This document shows, one piece after another, positions 35,044 through 47,300 of a DNA stretch of 64,000 nucleotides. The position numbers and the translations under genes were made by a program. Origin of the DNA: Mobula hypostoma (lineage: Eukaryota); contig NC_086100.1 in assembly GCF_963921235.1 (NCBI RefSeq), forward strand, positions 202,928,001 to 202,992,000. Direction: 5' to 3'. Position 1 is the first letter of the stretch, and each line of letters starts with the position of its first letter. The notes beneath the pieces were generated by a model. It searched no databases and was not told the origin of the DNA. It saw nothing but the letters and a program-made list of their open reading frames with translations.

Positions 35044-35389
35044 GTATGCTGTGCTGAGGGGTCTATTTCCATGCTGTATGCTTCTGTGATTCTTATGAAC
35101 AGAGGATCAAGCCCTTTTACTCAAATATAATCACGCTTAATACAAGGGGGGAAATCCCAAACTTGAGAATCTGGATTTCCATGTGACTCTGTTGTGCCCT
35201 GTCATGATTTTATAGGCTGTCAGTATAAAACACTCCGGTAGACTATTTCAGATCTGAAATGTTAACTATTGTATGTTTCACAATCCACAGATGCTGCCTG
35301 TCCCCTGAGTTTTTTCAGTTTTTATGATTTTATTATAAAATGATCACTTGTCAATTAACCTTTCATTGATTGTAAAAATTATACATTTT

Positions 35390-36925
35390 TGAGAACATAG
35401 AACATTACAGCATAGTACAGGCCATTCAGCCCATGATGTTGTGCTGACCTTTTAACCTGTTCTAAGATTAGTCTAACCCTTCACACTTTTCCAGACAGAA
35501 CTCCACCTGCTACTTCTCTGCTCAACTCTGCATACTGTCAATGTCCTGTTGTAACCTACAACAATCTTAATGTTATCTGCATACTTACTAACCCATCCTT
35601 CCACTTCCTCACTGAAGTCACTGATACATAGCACAAAGAGCAGGAATAAAGTTAGGAGTATAAAATGTAAACATAATTAGAACATAGTACATAGAAATCT
35701 GTAGCACATTACAGGCCCTTTGGTCCACAATGTTGTACTGACCATGTAACCTACTCTAGAAACAGTCTAGAATTTCCCTACCATATTGCCCACTACTTTT
35801 CTGAGCTCTATGTACCTGTCTAAGAGTCTCTTAAAAGACCCTATTGGCTCTGCATTTACCACCATGGCTGGCAGTGCATTCCATGCACCCGCTACTCTGT
35901 GTGACAAACTTACCCCTGATATCCGCCTTGTATCTTCTTCCAAGCACCTTAAAACTGTGACCCCTTGTCTTAGCCATTTCAGCCCTGGGAAAAAGCCTCT
36001 GACTATTCACACGATCAATGCCTCTCATCATCTTATACATCTCTATCAGCTCATCTCTCATCCTCCATCGCTCCAAGGAGAAAAGGCTAAGTTTACTCAA
36101 CCTATTCTCATTAGGCATGCTCTCCAATCCAGGTAACATCCTTGTAAATCTCCTCTGCACTCTCCCTACAGTATCCATATCCTTCCTGTAGTGCGGTGAC
36201 CAGAACTGAACACAGTACTCCAAGTGGGGTCTGACCAGGGTCCTATATAGCTGTAACATTACCTCATGGCTCTTGAACTCAATCCCACGGTTGATGAAGG
36301 CCAATACACCATACGCCTTCTTAACAACACTGTTAACCTGCGCAGCAGCTTTGAATGTCCTGTGGACATTGACTCCAAGATCCCTCTGATCCTCCACACT
36401 GCAAAGAGTCTTACCATTAATACTATATTCTGTCTTCAAATTGAGCCTTCCGAAATGAACCACTTCACACTCATCTGGGTTGAACTCCATCTGCCACTTC
36501 TCAGCCTCAGCCCAGTTTTGCATCCTATCGATGTCCTGCTGAAACCTCTGACAACCCACCAGACTATCCACAACACCCCAACTTTTGTGTCATCAGCAAA
36601 CTTATTAACAGACCCATCTACTTCTTTATCCAGGTCACTTATAAAAATCACAAAGCGGGGGAGGGGTCCCAGAACAGGTCCCTGAGGCACACCACTTGTC
36701 ACCGACCTCAATGCAGAATATGACCCATCTACAACCACTCTTTGCTTTCTGTGGGCAAGCCAGTTCTGGATCCACAAAGCAATGTCCCCTTGGATCCCAT
36801 GTCTCCTTACTTTCTCAATATGCCTTGCATGGGGCGCCTTAAAAAATGCCTTACTGAAATCCATATACACTACATCCACTGCTCTACCTTTATCAATGTG
36901 TTTTGTTAAATCCTCAAAAAATTGT
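35390..36925 (-). mobile_element. CR1 fragments (RT to 3' end)
   Basis: ORFs 36436-36879 and 35831-36571 carry CR1 RT motifs; tails at ~35395 and ~35680. Confidence 0.85.
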
Positions 36926-37248
36926 ATTACTGAGTTGAAAATGACAAATCAGCTGAGTTCTCTGCTTTTTGCCATTTCCCTCTTTCACCATCTGGGTCAT
37001 TGCTACCATCAGAGGGAAGGACAGGAGCCTGAGGAGAGACAGAGGGAGCCGTTTCCCCTCTGCCGTCAGATTTAGGAACTGACCATAATCACACCAACAC
37101 TGCTATTTCTTGTAATAACTTTAGTAATTCTTTTTAGGTATTGCACTGTATTGCTGTTACAAAACAAATAATTTCTTGACATATGTCAGAGGTAATTAAT
37201 CTGATTCTGCTTTTTTGTCACTAATATATTTTCTCTTGATTTTTGCAG

Positions 37249-37459
37249 GGAGGTGTTACAAATTGATCAATTCTTACAAGAGACAGCAGCACGAGAAGCA
37301 AATGCAAAAGTCCGTCTGCAGCAGTTCATTGAGGAGCTTTTGGACAGAGCAGACCGAGCCGAGAAGCAGCTAATGGTCATCAGTAGTTGTGGTACGACAC
37401 CAAATGGCAGCCTAGGAAGATGTAGTAACCCAGGTGCAAAAGGAATTAGAAAACAACAG
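37249..37459 (+). CDS. FBXO41: F-box only protein 41, internal coiled-coil exon (211 bp, phase 2 to phase 0)
   Basis: Polypyrimidine tract and TTTTGCAG acceptor; CAG|GTATTT donor. Translates EVLQIDQFLQETAAREANAKVRLQQFIEELLDRADRAEKQLMVISSCGTTPNGSLGR..., matching recalled FBXO41 EVVQIDQFLKETAAREASAKLRLQQFIEELLERADRAERQLQVISS. Confidence 0.9.
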
Positions 37460-37689
37460 GTATTTGCATTTTGTGTAGCAAGCAATGTAAAATCAAATAA
37501 GGAATATAGCTGTCCGAAAGTGCAATAGATTTTCTCAACTTAGGACCTAAAGTGGTGCTCCATTATACAAGTAGAGCAGTGAAAATAAAATATAACTCTA
37601 CCACAAAAAAGGAACTGTAACTTAAGAATAATAGAAACAGTCAGCCTTCTTCTGCTAAACAGTATGGCTGATCTTTAATTGAGATCTGT

Positions 37690-38225
37690 ACTTCTGCTCT
37701 TTAACCTATCCTAAGATCAGTCTAACCATTCCTTTACATATAGCCCTTCATTTTCTTCAATCCCCGTGGTGTCTGAGTCTCTTAAGTGCCCCTATTGTGT
37801 CTGCCTCTACCAGCAACCCTGGCAGCATATGCCATTAAATTAAATTAACTTAAACAAAACATCTATGTCCTGATATTCCCCCGCCCCCATGCTTCCCTCA
37901 CATCACCTTAAAATTGTGCCCTACCCTGAGGAAAATGTCTCCAGCTGTCCACTCGATCTATGGCTGTTATCCTCTTATACGCCTCCATTAAGTCACTTTA
38001 AATCCGCCCTCACTCCAAAGAGAAAAGCACTAACTCACTCAGTCAATCCTCATAAGACATGCTCTCTGATCCAGGCAGCATCCTACTAAATCTCCTCCCT
38101 ACCCTTTGTAAAGCTTCCAAATCCTTCCTATAGTAAGGTAAACAGAACTCAAAACAATACTCCAAGTGTCTAACCAGGTTTTGTAGAGTTGTAACATTAC
38201 CTTGCAGCTCATAACCTCAATTCTA
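37690..38225 (-). mobile_element. Old CR1 3' fragment
   Basis: Diverged match to other CR1 3' halves (CTCCAAAGAGAAAAG, ACAATACTCCAAGTG). Confidence 0.65.
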
Positions 38226-38489
38226 TTTTCAAATTCAAATGAATTCATTTATCACGTGTACATCGAAACAAACAGCAAAATGACAACCAACATAACGTAA
38301 GGATGGGGGCAGCCTGCGAGTGTCACTGCACATTCCTCCACTAGTGCAGCATGCCCACAAAGATCAGCAGGACAAAACAGGCACAACCACAACAGAACAC
38401 CGGCAAATAAACAACAGTAAAACCAGCACCTTCCTCCTTCCGATCCACCCATTCACTCAGACCGTCTGCTTTCTTCTCTCCCACCCAAC

Positions 38490-41400
38490 AGCTCACACAG
38501 ACCATCTCTAACCCTCCCTCCCATCCACCCCCTCACTCAAATCATCTCTAAACGTCCCTCACATCCACCCCCTCACTCAAATCATCTCTAACCCTCCCTC
38601 CCATCCACTCACTCACACAGATCATCTCTAACCCTCCCTCCCATCCACCCAGTCACTCACACAGATCATCTCCAACCCTCCCTCCCATCCACCCCCTCAC
38701 ACAGATCATCTCTAACCCTCCCTCCCATCCAGCTCCACACTCACACAAATCATCTCTAACCCTCCCTCCCATCCACTCACTCACACAGACCATCTCTAAC
38801 CCTCCCTCCCATCCACTCACTCACACAGATCATCTCGAACCCTCCCTCCCATCCACCCCCTCACTCAAATCATCTCTAAACGTCCCTCACATCCACCTCC
38901 TCACTCAAATCATCTCTAACCCTCCCTCCCGTCCACTCACTCACACAGACCATCTCTAACCCTCCCTCCTATCCACCCCCTCATTCAAATCATCTCTAAA
39001 CGTCCCTCACATCCACCCCCTCACTCAAATCATCTCTAACCCTCCCTCCCATCCACTCATTCACACACACAGATCATCTCTAACCCTCCCTCCCATCCAT
39101 TCACTCACACAGATCATCTCTAACCCTCCCTCCCATCCACTCACTCACACAGATCATCTCTAACCCTCCCTCCCATCCACCCCCACACTCACACAAATCA
39201 TCTCTAACCCTCCCTCCCATCCACTCACTCACACAGACCATCTCTAACCCTCCCTCCCATCCACTCACTCACACAGATCATCTTCAACCCTCCCTCCCAT
39301 CCACCCCCTCACTCAAATCATCTCTAAACCTCCCTCACATCCACCCCCTCACTCAAATCATCTCTAACCCTCCCTCCCATCCACTCACTCACACAGACCA
39401 TCTCTAACCCTCCCTCCCATCCACTCAGTCACACAGATCATCTCGAACCCTCCCTCCCATCCACCCCCTCACTCAAATCATCTCTAAACGTCCCTCACAT
39501 CCACCTCCTCACTCAAATCATCTCTAACCCTCCTTCCCATCCACTCACTCACACAGACCATCTCGAACCCTCCCTCCCATCCACCCCCTCATTCAAATCA
39601 TCTCTAAACGTCCCTCACATCCACCCCCTCACTCAAATCCTCTAACCCTCCCTCCCATCCACTCACTCACACAGATCATCTCTAACCCTCCCTCCCATCC
39701 ATTCACTCACATAGACCATCTCTAACCCTCCCTCCCTTCCACTCACCCCCTCACACAGATCATATCTAACCCTACCTCACAGAGATCATCTCTAACCCTC
39801 CCTCCCATCCACTCACTCACACAGATCATCTCTAACCCCACCTCCCATCCACCCCCTCACTCACACAGATCATCTCTAACCCTCCATCCCATCCACTCAC
39901 TCACACAGATCATCTCTAACCCTCCCTCCCATCCACCCCCACACTCACAGAAATCATCTGTAACCCTCCCTCCCATCCACCCCCTCACTCAAATCATCTC
40001 TAACCCTCCCTCCCATCCACTCACTCACATAGATCATCTCTAACCCCCCTCCCATCCACCCCCACACTCACACAAATCATCTCTAACCCTCCCTCCCATC
40101 CACCCCCTCACACAGATCATCTCTAACCCTCCCCTCGCATCCACGGACTCACACAGGTCATCTCTAACCCTCCCTCCCATCCACTCAGTCACACAGATCA
40201 TCTCGAACCCTCCCTCCCATCCACCCCCTCACTCAAATCATCTCTAACCCTCCCTCCCATCCACTCACTCACACAGACCATCTCTAACCCTCCCTCACAT
40301 CCACCCCCTCATTCAAATCATCTCTAAATGTTCCCTCACATCCACCCCCTCACTCAAATCATCTCTAACCCTCCCTCCCATCCACTCACTCACACAGATC
40401 ATCTCTAACCCTCCCTCCCATCCATTCACTCACACAGATCATCTCGAACCCTCCCTCCAATCCACCCCCTCACTCACACAGACCATCTCTAACCCTCCCT
40501 CCCTTCCACTCACCCCCTCACACAGATCATCTCTAACCCTACCTCACAGAGATCATCTCTAACCCTCCCTCCCATCCACCCACTCACACAGGTCATCTCT
40601 AACCCTCCCTCCCATCCACCCACTCACACAGACCATCTCTAACCCCACCTCCCATCCACGGACTCACACAGATCATCTCTAACCCCACCTCCCATCCACC
40701 CCCTCACACAGATCATCTCTAACCCTCCCTCCCATCCACCCAGTCACTCACACAGATCATCTCCAACCCCACCTCCCATCCACCCCCTCACTCACACAGA
40801 TCATCTCTAACCCTCCCTCCCATCCACTCACTCACACAGATCATCTCTAACCCTCCCTCCCATCCACCCCCACACTCACACAAATCATCTCTAACCCTCC
40901 CTCCCATCCACTCACTCACACAGATCATCTCTAACCCTCCCTCCCATCCACGGACTCACACAGATCATCTCTAACCCTCCCTCCCATCCACCCCCTCACT
41001 CACACAGATCATCTCTAACCCTCCCTCCCATCCACGGACTCACACAGATCATCTCTAACCGTCCCTCCCATCCACTCACTCACACAAATCATCTCTAACC
41101 CTCCCTCCCATCCACCCCCTCACTCACACAGATCATCTCTAACCCTCCCTCCCATCCACCCCCTCACACAGATCATCTCTAACCCTCCCTCCCATCTTCG
41201 GACTCACGCAGATCATCTCTAACCCTCCCTCCCACCCACTCACTCACACAGATCATCTCTAACCCTCCCTCCCATCCACTCACTCACACAAATGATCTCT
41301 AACCCTCCCTCCCATCCACCCCCTCACTCACACAGATCATCTCTAACCCTCCCTCCCATCCACCCCCTGACACAGATCATCTCTAACGCTCCCTCCCATC

Positions 41401-42066
41401 CACGGACTCACACAGATCATCTCTAACCCTCCCTCCCACCCACTCACTCACACAAATCATCTCTAACCCCACCTCCCATCCACTCACTCACACAGATCAT
41501 CTCTAACCCTCCCTCCCACCCACTCACTCACACAGATCATCTCTAACCCTCCCTCCCATCCACCCCCTGACACAGATCATCTCTAACCCTCCCTCCCATC
41601 CACCCCCTGACACAGATCATCTCTAACCCTCCCTCCCACCCACTCACTCACACAAATCATCTCTAACCCCACCTCCCATCCACTCACTCACACAGATCAT
41701 CTCTAACCCTCCCTCCCATCTTCGGACTCACACAGATCATCTCTAACCCTCCCTCCCATCCACTCACTCACACAAATGATCTCTAACCCTCCCTCCCATC
41801 CACTCCTTCACTCACACAGATCATCTCTGTCCCTCCCTCCCATCCACCCTTTCACACAGATCATCTCTAACCCTCCCTCCCATCCACCCCCTGACACAGA
41901 TCATCTCTAACCCTCCCTCCCACCCACTCACTCACACAAATCATCTCTAACCCCACCTCCCATCCACTCACTCACACAGATCATCTCTAACCCTCCCTCC
42001 CATCCACCCCCTCACTCACACAGATCATCTCCATCCCTCCCTCCCATCCACTCACTCACACAGATC
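38490..42066. repeat. Minisatellite, ~40-bp unit, roughly 90 copies
   Basis: Consensus ATCATCTCTAACCCTCCCTCCCATCCACTCACTCACACAG with recurrent variants; extreme C/G strand skew. Confidence 0.97.
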
Positions 42067-42139
42067 GTTCTACAACCACAAGACGGGCTGCTGCTGGGCC
42101 TCCTGCCTCCAGTGTTCTCACAGAATCACAGGCAAAGTT

Positions 42140-44337
42140 AGATCATAAGACATAGGATCAGAATTGGGCCACTCAACCCATTGAGCTGCTCCGCCTTTCC
42201 ATCATGACTGAACCTCGTACACCTGCCTTAGAAACATGGAAAATCTACAGCACATTACAGGCCCTTTGGTCGACAATGCTGTGCCGAACATGTACTTACT
42301 TTAGAAATTACCTAAGGTTACCCATAGCCCTCTATTTTTCTAAGCTCCGTGTACCTATCCAAAAGTCTCTTCAAAGACTGTATCATATCCGCCTCCACCA
42401 CTGTTGCTGGCAGCCCATTCCACGCACTCTCCACTCTCAGCGTAAAAAACTTACTGCTGACATCCCCTCTGTACCTACTCCCAGCCTTGGGAAAAGGCCT
42501 GTGACTATCCACACGATCAATGCCTCTTATCATCTTATACACCTCTATCAGGTCACCTCTCATCCTCCGTCGCTCCAAGGAGAAAAGGCCGAGTTCACTC
42601 AACCTGTTTTCATAAGGCATGCTCCCCAATCCAGGCAACATCTAGCCACTAGAGACTAGAATACTACAGCACAGTACAGGCCCTTTGGCCCTCGATATTG
42701 TGCTGACCCATATATTCCTTAAAAAAACGTACTAAATCCACACTACCCTGTAACTCTCTATTTTTCTTTCATCCATGTGCCTGTCCAAGAGGCTGTCAAA
42801 TACCACTAATCTTTTAGCCTCCATCACCATCCCTGGCAAGTCATTCCAGGTACCCACAACCCTCTGTGTAAAAAACCTACCCCTGATGTCTCCCCTAAAC
42901 TTCCCTCCCTTAACTTTGTACATATGCCCCCTGGTGTTTGCTGTTTGTGCCCTGGGAAACAGGTACTGGCTATCCACCCTATCTATGCCTCTCATAATCT
43001 TGTAGACCTCTATCAAGTCCCCTCTCATCCTTCTACACTCCAAAGAGAAAAGTCCCGGCTCTGTTAACCTTGCCTCAGAAGACTTGTTTTCCAATCCAGG
43101 CAACATCCTGGTAAATCTCCTCTGCACCCTCTCCATAGCTTCCACATCCTTCCTATAATGAGGTGACCAGAACTGAACACAATACTCTAAGTGTGGTCTC
43201 ACCAGAGATTTGTAGAGTTGCAACATGACCCCTCTACTCTTGAACTCAATCCCCCTATTAGTGACACTTAGCATCCCACAGGCCTTCTTAACTATACCAT
43301 CAACCTGTGCAGCGACCTTGAGGGATGTATGGATCCCAAGGCCCCTCTGTTCATCCACACTCATAAGTAACCGACCATTAACCCTGTACTCAGCTGTCTG
43401 GTTTGTCCTTCAAAAGTACATCATCTCACACTTATCTGGACTGAACTCCATCTGCCACTTTTCTGCCCAGCTCTGCATCCTGTCTATATCCTCTTGTAAC
43501 CTTCGACAACCTACAGCTCCATCCACAACTCCTCCAATCTTCGTGTCATCTGCAAACTTACCTCACCCATCCTTCCGCCTCTTCATCTGGGTCACTTATA
43601 AAAATCACAAAGAGCAGGGGTCCCAGGACAGATCCTTGTGGCAACTCCACTAGTCACCGACCTCCAGGCAGAATACTTTCCTTCCACTACTACCCTCTGT
43701 TTTCTTCCTGTTAGCCAATTTTTTATCCAAACAGCCAAGGTTCCACTGATCCCATGCCTCATGACTTTCTGGATGAGTCTCTCGTGGGGGACCTTGTCAA
43801 ATGCCTTGCTAAAATCCATGTAGACCACATCTACCGCCCTACCTTCATCAATTTCTTTTGTTACCTCTTCAAAAAACTCAATTAGACTCGTGAGGCACGA
43901 CCTTCCCTTCACAACACCATGTTGACTATCCTTGAGTAGACTGAACTTCTCCAAGTGCTCATACATCCTATACTTAAGAATCCTTTCCAATAGTTTGCAG
44001 ACCACCGATGTAAGACTCACTGGTCTATAGTTCCCAGGATTCTCCCTATTACCTTTTTAAAACAAGGGAACTACATTCGCCATTCTCCAATCCTCCGGCA
44101 CCTCCCCTGCAGCCAAAGAGGATTCAAAGATCATAACTACTGCTCCAGCGATCTCTTCTCTCACTTCCCACAGCAACCTGGGGTACATCACATCCAGCCC
44201 TGGGGACTTATCGATCTTGATGTTTTTGAGAAGATCTAACACTTCTTCCTCCTTAATCTCCACATTGTCCAGCACACAGGCCTGTTCTATTTCGACCTCA
44301 CCCTGATCAAGGTCCTTTTCACTTGTGAATACTGAAT
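42140..44337 (-). mobile_element. Stacked CR1 fragments (3' ends at ~42140, ~42230, ~42650)
   Basis: ORFs 42318-42641, 42732-43364, 43592-44020, 44057-44407 with CR1 RT motifs. Confidence 0.88.
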
Positions 44338-47300
44338 ACTTTGAGTGTCCTATGGACTTGGACCCCAATATCCCTCTGATCCTCCACACTGCCAAGTGTC
44401 TTACCATTAATACTATATTCTGCCGTCATATTTAACCTACCAAAATGAACCACTTCACACTTCTCAGCCCAGTTTTGCATCCTATCAATGTCCGGCTGTA
44501 AACTCTGACAGCCCTCCACACTATCCACAACACCCCCAACCTTTGTGTCATCAGCAAACTTACTAACCCAACTCTCCACTTCCTCATCCAGGTCATTTAT
44601 AAAAATCATGAAGAGTAAGGGTCCCAGAACAGATCCTTGAGGCACACCGCTGGTCACCGACCTCCATGCAGAAAATGACCCGTCTACAACCACACTTTGC
44701 CTTCTGTGGGCAAGCCAGTTCTGGATCCACAAAGCAAGGTCCCCTTGGATCCCATGCCTCCTTACTTTCTCAATAAGCCTTGTATGGGGTACCTTATCAA
44801 ATCCTCCTTCTCTTCTTCGATTGTCCATCGAAATCCGATGACGACGTCCACTCCTTTAACGTTGAGATCTTTGATGACTATACAGTCCTATCCTGGACCC
44901 ACAAGCTCTACTGCAGGTGGGACATGTATATGTGGTAGTGGTGGCAACCATGGCTGCATTTCTCCTGGCTCTCTTCTGCTGTCTTCTGGTGGTTCTTTCC
45001 ATCTCCAGAATACAAACCCTGTCCCTACACAGCTGTCGCCAGGTGATACAGTCAGCAACAACCTCCTCCAGGTCCTCGGGTCTGATCTTGCACTTCCTTA
45101 AAGCATTCTTCATCTGATCCTTATAGCACTTCTTCAGCCCTCCAGCTGAGCGTATAACACTCTGCGGGGTAGCTGACATGGGGGCATCCTTATCACGTGC
45201 CCCAGCCACTGCAGCTGACGCTGGGAGATCATGGCCTCAATACTCCTGCAGTTGGTCTTTACAGGTATTTCAGTGTGAGGCACCCGCTCACGCCAGGTAA
45301 TTCCCAGGATGCGCTGGAGGCAGCTTATGTGGAAGCGCTCCAAGGACTTGATGTGACAGCTGTAGGTTACCCAAGCTTCACAGCTATAAAGGAGGGTGGT
45401 GACACAGACCGCTTGGTATACGGCGACCTTTGTGGAGGGGCGAAGGCTCCTGTTCTGAAAGACTCTACGCCGAAGTCTCCCAAAGGCAGCTGAGGCCTGT
45501 TTAATGCAGCTCTGGAAGTCGTTGTCAATGCTGCTATCCTCAGAGAGAATGCTCCCCAGATATTTGAAAGATGGCACTACTGACAGCTTTTCATCACCAA
45601 CAGTGAAGGCAGGTAGAGTGGATGGGACACTGGTACTCCATTGGCAAACCACTTCTGTCTTGGTGGTATTGACAGTCAGCCCCATCCTGCTGTACGCTCT
45701 CACCGCCACAGCAAGGACAGTCTGAAGATCCTCCGGAGTATGGGCCACAAGAGCACAGTCGTCTGCATACTGCAGCTCCAGGACCCGCTCTCTGCAGAGC
45801 TTGGTGGTTGCGTGGAGCCTCCTGATGTCAAAGAGGTTGCCATCTAATCTGACGTCCACTAACACGCCGCTGCTGTCTTCAATCTTGTTGTGGAGAAGCT
45901 CGGTAACACACAAGAGGAAGATGTTAAAGAGCACTGGCGCTAGTACACACCCCTGCCTCACCCCTGTGCATACAAGGAAGGGCTCGGACACTTGTCCTCC
46001 TACGGTCACCCGAGCAGTCATCCCATCGTGGAATTGGTGGAGGATGTTAACAAACTTATTGGGACAGCCAAACCTAAAGAGGAAATCCCATAAGAGCTCT
46101 CTTTGCACAGTGTCGAATGCTTTGGAGAGGTCGACAAAGGCCATAAACAGGTCCTAATGTTGCTCCCGGCAGTTTTCCTGAAGCTGCCGGGCTGTAAAGA
46201 TCATGTCGATCGTGCTCCTGTTCTTCCTAAATCTACACTGTGATTCAGGCAGCATTGACTCAGTGATGTTGCTAATGATTCTCTGAAGCATCACCTCAGT
46301 CAGGACCTTTCCAGCAACAGAAAGGAGTGATATGCCCCTACTATTGCCGCAGATGGCCTTGTCACCCTTCTTCTTATAAATAGTAGTTATAGCCATAGTC
46401 ATAGTCATACTTTATTGATCCCAGGGGGAAATTGGTTATGACAGTGACAATGATGTTTGCATTTCTCCATTGCTGTGGGATGTTCTCATCAGTCCAGGCC
46501 TTGGTGATGTACTGGTAGAGGGTGTGCATACACATGTACCCTCCGTTCTGCAGTAACTCAGCAGGGATATTGTCAGTGCCAGGGGACTTGTTGTTCTTCA
46601 GGGAATGGACAGCTGATAGAACCTCCTGGAAGGTTGGTGGTAGACTGAGGTTGTGGATAGGAGGAAGTTCAGGCAGTTCGTCTAGGATGGTGGGTCTGTG
46701 TCAGAGTCCTGATTAAGCAGGGTGTTAAATTGCTCTGCCCACCTCAGCAGAATGGTATTCTGATTCTTCAGAAGTGTTAGACCATCTGCTGTTTTCAGGG
46801 GAGTAACGCATCGATTTATTGGGCCATAGATCTTTTTGACAGCATTGTAAAAATTATGCATATCATTATTATCGGCAAAGGCCTGGATTTCATGTGCCTT
46901 TTCAGTCCACCACTCATTTTGTATGTCCCGTATTGCCTTTTGCACTTTCCTCCGAGCTGCCTGATGCTGGTGGATGATGGGTTGTCTAAAGTTGTCCGGT
47001 GTGCTTTGTGCATGGCCTTAAGCAAGTTGTGGATGGTGTCTGAGTTATCGTCAAACCAGTCTTGGTGGTTCCTGCTCTTATGGCCGATGGATTGGGCCGC
47101 TGCCTCATAGAGCGCAGAGCTGATACAGGTCCACTGTTGTTCCATGGTATTTTCTGAGCTCAGACAAGGCTCCAACTCCCTTAGTTTCTCAGCTAGGATG
47201 CGTGGAAACTCATTCTTGCTTCTGTGTTTCTCAGGCGGTTATAATTTGGCCACTTTTTATTAGGTTTTTGCAGCCGCAAAGGGGGGACGCACTTCCATAT

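Noticed and set aside
1..37248. Upstream FBXO41 exons
   Set aside because: I inspected the non-repeat islands by eye and found no splice-bounded match to the expected preceding coiled-coil sequence. It probably lies outside the window, though a small exon could be missed.
37460..37528. Extension of ORF 37253-37528 as coding sequence
   Set aside because: It is read-through past the GT donor at 37460 into intron.
38490..42066. CRISPR-like regular repeat array or interstitial telomere
   Set aside because: There are no unique spacers (units are wholly repetitive) and no cas genes, and the context is eukaryotic. Each unit has only one TAACCCT, not tandem TTAGGG.
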